Shown in pieces: positions 1 to 5,953 of a stretch of DNA of 20,956 nucleotides. The notes under the pieces are model-generated. The model made no database searches, was not told where the DNA came from, and saw only the letters and a program-made list of their open reading frames with translations. This stretch comes from Candidatus Heimdallarchaeota archaeon (GTDB taxonomy: Archaea; Asgardarchaeota; Heimdallarchaeia; Hodarchaeales; Hodarchaeaceae), in the NCBI GenBank assembly GCA_048881705.1, contig JBHLSH010000058.1, forward strand, positions 1-20,956. The letters are read 5' to 3'. The translations under genes were made by a program, and so were the position numbers. The number at the start of each line of letters is the position of its first letter. Position 1 is the stretch's first letter.

Positions 1-423
1 TCATGGGCAGGAGTGGAATCGATTCGTACTACCTCACCCACTCTGAAAGCAACAGGTGAAATTTTCTGGGATTGGGGGGTTCCCACTGTTGTTAGTACTA
101 TTTTGGCTGTCAATCACTTTAGTGGCACCATAATTGGGTCAGGGGGAGTTCGAACTGGGTTAGATGTGGCAAAATTACTTGCCTTGGGTGCGGATGCGGC
201 GGGAATGGCAATTCCGTTCCTTTTTGCCACTCAGCAGCAATCTAGTGAAGCGGTTGTCAGTTTTATCATGGATATTGCCTTTCAACTCCGTCTGGCCTGC
301 TTTCTCACTGGCAGCGAAAACATCCACGACCTGAAATCAGCCCCTCTCCTCATTTCTGGGAAGACTGCAGAAACGCTTGTGAAATATGGGATCGATCCTC
401 AAACCTATCTCGTACGCAAGTAA
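1..423 (+). CDS. fni: Type 2 (FMN-dependent) isopentenyl-diphosphate delta-isomerase, 5' partial
   Basis: The frame is open from base 1 (SWAGVESIR, matching the IDI-2 GGTSWAxVE motif). It also carries WGVPT, IIGSGGVRTGLDVAKLLALGADAAGMAIPFL and LRLACFLTGS. Confidence 0.93.
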   Translation, partial: SWAGVESIRTTSPTLKATGEIFWDWGVPTVVSTILAVNHFSGTIIGSGGVRTGLDVAKLLALGADAAGMAIPFLFATQQQSSEAVVSFIMDIAFQLRLACFLTGSENIHDLKSAPLLISGKTAETLVKYGIDPQTYLVRK

Positions 424-428
424 AAAAA

Positions 429-1003
429 CTAAGGGGAGTTTTCTTTTAGTCTGTGTTTCTTCTTCAAGTTCTTGAGGAGCGAAAAGGAAATGAGGGCTCC
501 GAGACCTGCGAACCATTCCCATGAGACCTTCCGCCAGCCAGGTGTGGTAACCGTTAAGATCAACACCCCCTGTACCGCATCATCGGCCGATGGGCGGACA
601 ATATATAGTTGAAGAGTAGCCGCCACGTCAGAATCTAGGTTTAAATTGCCATTGGTCACGGTGACGTTAATGATCTGTCCTGGCACTACAGAGATCGAAG
701 TCAGGTTCCAGTAAACGTGGTTGGGAACAAGGGTGATATTACTGGTCGAATTCGCGTACAAATGGCAATAGATTTCTACCCACGCTCATTGTCCACTGCG
801 ACTCCAGGGGTGGCTATCTGTGTTTCCTTTGTGTTGTTTCCGTAATAAAAATGGGTGGGCGGTATCTGTTCGTAGTTTTCTATCCAGTGGATCCCGAAAA
901 TAGGAAATCGTAGAACAGAGATGACGTACACCCCTATTACCAACAAAAATAGGAGGAGAAAGGCCCAAAGGCGCCTCTTACCGGAATTCCTAAATGCCAT
1001 CAA
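429..1003 (-). pseudogene. Frameshifted membrane-anchored surface glycoprotein (track ORFs 776..1003 and 429..761 appear to be one gene)
   Basis: ORF 776..1003 has an N-terminal hydrophobic segment. At ~786-790 (GAC AAT GA GCG TGG GTA) one missing base shifts into the frame AWVEIYCHLYANSTSNITL..., which runs to a C-terminal TPGW motif, a TM helix and a basic tail. There are many NxS/T sequons. Confidence 0.65.
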
Positions 1004-1879
1004 ACTGTCCTTCGCGCGGCTCCATAAGGATTAAATCTGCCCATCCCCAATGATCCGCGTTATATAAGCCCCATGGTTTACTCATGACAGACGGTTGACC
1101 TAACCAGACTTCGAAATCCCATCTTTCAAGGGCTCCGTACATATGGGAAGCCTCGTGTTGGACTAAGTTATCCATGGAAATGCCGGGGACTATCGCCTCT
1201 CCAATCCCTCCTTTAGCAACCACGAATCTGCTGTTACCAGCTCTTCCAGAATGATCTGACAAATACCCTGTAAAACCTGCAATCACATCAAATCCATGGT
1301 GACCTGATACAGTATACGGCTGGTCGTCCCAAGCTTGTGGTAACTGGAGAGCCTGAGTTGCAGTGCCTGACAACTCGTTCAATAAAGCGGTACTTGATGC
1401 CTCTGGGGTTGGCGTCCAAGTCAATTCAAATGCCACGATAAGGTCAATATCAAACCAGTATTCAAATCGTGCTGAGGCCTGATAGATATAGATGGATGGT
1501 GGTAAATACCCTGCATTGGACCATTCTTGATTTTTAAACACCACTACAAAGACAGGATGGGCTCCTGAGGGTATCAGCACCTGGAAATCTGCATTAGGAG
1601 AGTTGTAATGTACCCAACCAGGGCCAGATGCTTTAACGGTTCGGATTCTGTAATTTCCTTTATTAAAAGCGAATTTTCTCCCAGAAGTTGCCGTGAACGC
1701 GAAATCCAAATAGTCATGTACCACAATACCTGCCCCCGGCGGGATATACCCTTATTCATAGTATCGCGGGGTCCATTGATAGTCCCAATCAGTATACGTA
1801 AACGATTTCGTCAGGTATTGGAGGTAGTCCAGAGTCTTGGCGAGACTGCTGGGATTGTAAACAAGAGTTTCAACGTGCA
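990..1879 (-). pseudogene. Zinc metallopeptidase (HExxH, metzincin/reprolysin-like), interrupted by TAA at 1752-1754; 5' end uncertain
   Basis: QHEASHMYG motif with a downstream SVM Met-turn-like element. The same frame continues upstream of ORF 990..1724 as ...TYTDWDYQWTPRYYE*GYIPPGAGIVVHDY. The 244-aa ORF lacks a signal peptide. Confidence 0.6.
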
Positions 1880-1907
1880 CGTCTTGGCCTTTAAATGTAG
1901 GATCTGC

Positions 1908-2735
1908 ATGGAAGTCGTAAATATAGGGGTTACTTGAAGAATTATTACACCGATTATCACCGAGAAAACGGTATTCGAAGTAGAGGGCTGCCGCGCGGTG
2001 CTTTGGAACCCAAAAAGACGATATATCACCAAGTCACATAAAGAACGGAGGATTTACCTCTTTTCTTTTACGGGGTATCTTGGGACAATCACTCTCACCG
2101 TTAGTTGTCAGAACCGAAGTCAGGCAATGGTTAAGATCAAGAAATTACTGAGAATTGATCACATCGGGCAGTTTTGGCGGGAAGGGTACGGCAAAGTTGA
2201 GTGGATTAGAGGAAACTTCGGGACACGTTCAAGAGGTCGAAGAAAGAAAAAGCCTGGCTGGATAAAAATTCGCAAAGGCCTCCCCCATCACCTTCCAGAT
2301 CATATCACCCAATTGATCCGCTATGCTCTACTCCATGATTTCGCCCATACTTCCAAACACAAGTCCAAAATCTACGTAGAACCTAATCTGACTGAGATTG
2401 AACACCTCCGACAACACCACGATTCCACAGATGATCCCCTAATCCAAGCTTTTCAGTGGTATGATCGCACCGCCGCTAGTATGACACGGAACATACGATC
2501 CCCCAGAACCAATCGGTACACGTGGGAAGCGAAAGGAACTATAGATTTTAAAACTCTAACTCACGAACTAGAACAAGTGGAAGACAACATCTGGCAACTA
2601 TATCAGTACATTTATCAGTCAAAAGAGTTGCAACAATTAAATGAAAGCCTAAGTCATGGTCATTCCTCGCTCCGGCACCATCTCCTCCTCATCGTTAATC
2701 TCATAGTGCAAGATTATCTTAGGGGAAACCTCTAA
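1908..2735 (+). CDS. Putative RAMP (Cas5/Cas6-like) plus circularly permuted HD nuclease (Cas10-type) fusion; in-frame TGA at 1935-1937 (track ORF 1998..2735)
   Basis: MEVVNIGVT*RIITPII resembles a RAMP beta1-TP start. SFTGYLGTITL and a G-rich loop IGQFWREGYGKVEW follow. The HD part is ALLHDF...QHHD...YDRTAAS, with a trailing SLRHHL helix. Confidence 0.6.
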
Positions 2736-2754
2736 ATGGTATTGCACGTTTCAA

Positions 2755-2821
2755 GGCAGAATTCCGTTGTTTTACTGATGAAACGAGAAGGCGTTGAAGT
2801 AAAATGCTCAAGGTTTCTGTC
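2755..2821 (+). ncRNA. Hairpin with an apical canonical K-turn (candidate structured RNA)
   Basis: TTTTACT(2770-76)-GAT-GA-AACG-[AGAAGG]-CGTT-GA-AGTAAAA(2798-2804). The lower stem is GGCAGAA(2755-61)/TTCTGTC(2815-21). Confidence 0.5.
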
Positions 2822-2865
2822 CAAGTCCCCTATCCAAATGAATTTCGGGGCATCCTTAAGTCACA

Positions 2866-2878
2866 CGAAAATATATTA
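2866..2878 (+). promoter_or_regulatory. Putative BRE/TATA promoter of the rpl7ae operon
   Basis: CGAAA followed by ATATATTA, ~95 nt upstream of the rpl7ae ATG. Confidence 0.45.
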
Positions 2879-2927
2879 TTAGGAGACAAAGGCGGGTGAC
2901 TCGCCCGACATTCATCGACCAAGGATT

Positions 2928-2964
2928 GGGTATGATTATTCGTTGGTAATAAGACCCTGGAGGT
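2928..2964 (+). promoter_or_regulatory. K-turn in the rpl7ae 5' UTR adjacent to the Shine-Dalgarno sequence (L7Ae autoregulatory site)
   Basis: GGG-TAT-GA-TTATT-[CGTTGGT]-AATAA-GA-CCC (2928-2957), then GGAGGT (2959-2964), then ATG at 2971. Confidence 0.8.
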
Positions 2965-2970
2965 CGTTAT

Positions 2971-3348
2971 ATGAGTAAACCGTTTTATGTAAATTATGAA
3001 CAGCCCGATGGTCTCGAAAGCGATGCTTTAGAGATTCTTGAAAACGTGAGTAGTGACACCGCAAACATTCGGAAAGGTACAAACGAAGCTACTAAGAGTA
3101 TAGAACGCGGCGTGGCCAAACTGGTCTTTATTGCCCTAGATGTTGAACCCCCAGAGATCGTGGCACATTTACCCTTGCTCTGTAAGGATAAGAAGATCGC
3201 CTATCTGTACGTAAGTTCCAAAGAAGTCCTCGGAAACGCCTGTAATCTAGGAATAAAGACGGCTAGCTGTGCGATAGTTGGCGAAGGAGAACTAAAAGCA
3301 AGAATTGATACTCTTGCGGCTCGTATCCATGAACTTGCTGGAATTTAA
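2971..3348 (+). CDS. rpl7ae: 50S ribosomal protein L7Ae
   Basis: IRKGTNEATKSIERGVAKLVFIALDVEPPEIVAHLPLLC. Confidence 0.97.
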   Translation: MSKPFYVNYEQPDGLESDALEILENVSSDTANIRKGTNEATKSIERGVAKLVFIALDVEPPEIVAHLPLLCKDKKIAYLYVSSKEVLGNACNLGIKTASCAIVGEGELKARIDTLAARIHELAGI

Positions 3349-3391
3349 ATCACCAAGATCATTAAATATAAGATAAATCAGAGGAACCTGA

Positions 3392-3607
3392 ATGAGCGAT
3401 GAGAATATTTCTATTCCTGCCGAGGTTCTGCAAATCATTGGCAGGACTGGGGTTACTGGCGAAATTACCCAGGTTCGTGTCCGAGTTCTAGAAGGACGTG
3501 ATCGTGGTCGCATTATAGTACGGAATGTGAAGGGGCCCGTACGAAAAGATGATATCCTTATGCTTAGGGAAACTGAGCGTGAAGCCCGTAATCTAAAACG
3601 CCCCTAG
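3392..3607 (+). CDS. rps28e: 30S ribosomal protein S28e
   Basis: [52 protein letters not shown]. Confidence 0.97.
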   Translation: MSDENISIPAEVLQIIGRTGVTGEITQVRVRVLEGRDRGRIIVRNVKGPVRKDDILMLRETEREARNLKRP

Positions 3608-3668
3608 CCGCCCAAGGTTAGGTTCAAACAAATGCTACATCAAAAACAGTTGTAGAATGTGAACAATC

Positions 3669-3866
3669 ATGGTTCGTCTCTTTGAATGCAGCTATTGTGG
3701 TCATCAAATTGACCCTGGAACTGGAATCTCCTTTGTTCGTAGGAATGGTCAGCTCGTTAGATTCTGCAGTCGTAAATGCCGACGTTCATTGCTGGATTTT
3801 GCACGTGATCCTAGAAAATTCAAGTGGACAAAGAAATATGTCCCCAAGATAAAGGTCGATAGTTGA
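3669..3866 (+). CDS. rpl24e: 50S ribosomal protein L24e
   Basis: CSYCGHQIDPGTG...FCSRKC...RDPRKFKWT (TRASH-type zinc finger). Confidence 0.96.
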   Translation: MVRLFECSYCGHQIDPGTGISFVRRNGQLVRFCSRKCRRSLLDFARDPRKFKWTKKYVPKIKVDS

Positions 3867-3971
3867 AAAAACGCTTTAAGGGATTCTGGAGTGAAGACTT
3901 TAAATCGGCCAAGAGAAGTGTTTGTTTACGATACTCTAAAGCAAGATACCTTACTTTGAGTAATTAAGTGA

Positions 3972-4766
3972 TCATGTGCTATCCTCGGGAGATTCTACGA
4001 CTCCCTCGGAGGGTTCTCCGCCATCGTCTCCCTCGGAATCAGAGACTTCGGGGATTTCATCAGATTCTGCTTTTTCTTGGTAGTCAAAAAGCTCACTGAA
4101 CCTAACTTGTTTAAAATCAAGGTAATCACGAAGTTCTGTGGCAAGAGTATACTTGGCGATTCCTAAACCTTCCATAAAAATGACATAACTTGGAAGTGTA
4201 ATAGCAATACTCCGGGCATCCTCATCAGTCTCAATTTCAATATCATCAATGTTAATTCCAGCAAGCCTCCTTCCAATGATTTCTTTTTGGATGGCCGTTT
4301 CGTCTTCTAATTGCTCTATTACCGTGACTTCGAAGATCAGGTCTTTGCCCGCCAGTGGATGGTTGAAATCGATACGAGACCGCCCTCCTCCGACCCAAAT
4401 TACAGTTCCACTACGACCCGCCAGCTGAACGTGTTTCCCAACCTGGGGAGTAATATTGGCTTTACGAAGTCGTCTTGTAGGAACCATCTCAATCTTACTT
4501 GTATCGCGCTCCCCGTATCCCTCTGCCATAGGTACCTCGATAGATCGGGGAGAATTCAGATCCAAACCGACAAGAGCTTTAGCAAGACCTGGGATAAGAA
4601 ATTTCTCATCTCCAGCTCTGCAGATCATTGGATTATACGCCCGTTTATCATCGAAAATGCCTTCTGCTCGGGCAACTTCCTCCAAGGTCGTATCAAATAC
4701 TTTTGAATCTTCTTTTAGACGGCCCGTATAGTTAATCTTTATCCAATCATTTTCTGAAATTGCCAT
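3972..4766 (-). CDS. Archaeal long-type FKBP peptidyl-prolyl isomerase (SlyD-like insert-in-flap domain, acidic tail)
   Basis: INYTGRL...FDTT, GLAKALVG, YGERD, DFNHPLAGKDLIFEVTV, plus a C-terminal domain. Confidence 0.92.
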   Translation of the reverse strand: MAISENDWIKINYTGRLKEDSKVFDTTLEEVARAEGIFDDKRAYNPMICRAGDEKFLIPGLAKALVGLDLNSPRSIEVPMAEGYGERDTSKIEMVPTRRLRKANITPQVGKHVQLAGRSGTVIWVGGGRSRIDFNHPLAGKDLIFEVTVIEQLEDETAIQKEIIGRRLAGINIDDIEIETDEDARSIAITLPSYVIFMEGLGIAKYTLATELRDYLDFKQVRFSELFDYQEKAESDEIPEVSDSEGDDGGEPSEGVVESPEDST

Positions 4767-4807
4767 TATTTTGTCCCTGCTCTAATTAGATGCTCTCTTC
4801 TTGTTAC

Positions 4808-5269
4808 TTAATCTGATATACGATCCGCTGTTACCAGTCTCAATTGATAACCCTGCGCACATTCAACTGGATCCTTGGAGATTGAAACTATCTGAAGTTT
4901 CTCCCCCTCAGAGAGATAGGACGGTTTACAATGATGTTGATAGTGGGGACATTCGATTAGATCACATACCCGGGGTGTGAAAGCAAAAGTGGCCCCTTCA
5001 ACCGCTAACTTTGCCCCTGTAGTTACATGATAGGAGGGTTCAAAAATCTCTACCGTTTGAACCCCTTCCTCGAAAACCGCGCATGAATGGACAGTCTCTT
5101 TGACACTAGCTACTTCAAAGATCCTTCCCTCTTCAAGTTTCAAACATGCTCCACGAAGTCTACATTCACTGCAACTCTCGGTTTCTCCGAGGAAAAGGAA
5201 TTGGTTCCCTGGTTTAGATTGTTTAACGCCTAGTAAGGTAATCTTCATAGGTTTGTCTACACTTGTCAT
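4808..5269 (-). CDS. UPF0179 family protein
   Basis: ITLLG...G..F.FLGE..SCSECRLRGAC.KLEEGRIFEV....HSC pattern, with a second Cys-rich half. Confidence 0.8.
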   Translation of the reverse strand: MTSVDKPMKITLLGVKQSKPGNQFLFLGETESCSECRLRGACLKLEEGRIFEVASVKETVHSCAVFEEGVQTVEIFEPSYHVTTGAKLAVEGATFAFTPRVCDLIECPHYQHHCKPSYLSEGEKLQIVSISKDPVECAQGYQLRLVTADRISD

Positions 5270-5404
5270 ATAGTGGAACCCCAGGTTATTGCAGTCTACC
5301 CGCTTATGTTGAAAGCCAAGGCTAGTAAGGCGACTTCTTTAGGGTTACTTTATATTTTGTTCCAAGATACCCTTACGATATAGGTAAAAAACGGCCCAAA
5401 GCTC

Positions 5405-5953
5405 CTAGTCACCAAAATAGTTTCGTGCCGCGATCCGGAAATCTTCGGCATCGTGACATTGGATGTAATCTTTCAACAATTCAGTATTCATAATCCAGAA
5501 TTGGTCTCCCCATTTAAACACAGATAACAGATCAGTTGCCATACCTGCTAGGCCTAACAAGTACAAGGCCGCGGCAAGTGCTTCTACACTAGATAACTTC
5601 TCGGGTCTACCGTAATTGACAGGATTGGCCGCTATTAATAAGGGGAGTTTTCGTGAATTTGTGTAGTGTTTTTCAAAGATTTTTTCTGATTGGTTCCAAG
5701 AACAGTCCAACACAGTTAACCCTGACCGTTGCCAAATGTCCGTATCTTGAGATGTCAGAAAATTCGACGCCTGCGGGTTGAGGATTATGGAAAAACGTGG
5801 AATCTGAGGGAAACGCCGTACTAGATTCAATTTCTTGATATTCTGGAATCGTCCTTGCTTATAGAAATGCCAAAGCTTGGTTCCTGTACATTTTTTTGGA
5901 TCGCATTGGTTGGCATGGAAAATAGTGATTGAACAGGGGTTTTTATTGTTCAT
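5405..5953 (-). CDS. tsr3: rRNA aminocarboxypropyltransferase Tsr3 (DUF367); start 5953 or 5965
   Basis: HANQCDPKKCTG, LDCSW, RKLPLLIAANPVNYGRPEKLSSVEALAAAL, FKWGDQF. Confidence 0.95.
   Translation of the reverse strand: MNNKNPCSITIFHANQCDPKKCTGTKLWHFYKQGRFQNIKKLNLVRRFPQIPRFSIILNPQASNFLTSQDTDIWQRSGLTVLDCSWNQSEKIFEKHYTNSRKLPLLIAANPVNYGRPEKLSSVEALAAALYLLGLAGMATDLLSVFKWGDQFWIMNTELLKDYIQCHDAEDFRIAARNYFGD

Larger units (their letters stand above)
2736..2882 (+). other. 48-codon ORF abutting the HD gene stop (TAAATG); a possible truncated next gene or incidental
   Basis: ATG at 2736 directly follows TAA at 2733-2735: MVLHVSRQNSVVLLMKREGVEVKCSRFLSKSPIQMNFGASLSHTKIYY*. No recognisable motif, and it overlaps the structured RNA. 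Confidence 0.2.

Noticed and set aside
1608-1937. 109-aa plus-strand ORF
   Set aside because: It is the in-register antisense shadow of the peptidase. Only its last 9 codons are probably meaningful, as the RAMP-HD start.
1811-2032. Minus-strand ORF with a hydrophobic stretch as the peptidase signal peptide
   Set aside because: It overlaps the RAMP-like coding region on the other strand and would need additional frameshifts. It is not fully excluded.
2775-2804. Hammerhead ribozyme (CUGAUGA plus hairpin plus GAA)
   Set aside because: It lacks GAAA, stem III and the NUH cleavage site. A K-turn explains all the nucleotides better.
1750-2900. IS element or casposon ends around the RAMP-HD gene
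   Set aside because: I could not see terminal inverted repeats, target duplications, a transposase or cas1.
2736-2970. True CRISPR array
   Set aside because: There is only one repeat-like unit and no regularly spaced copies.
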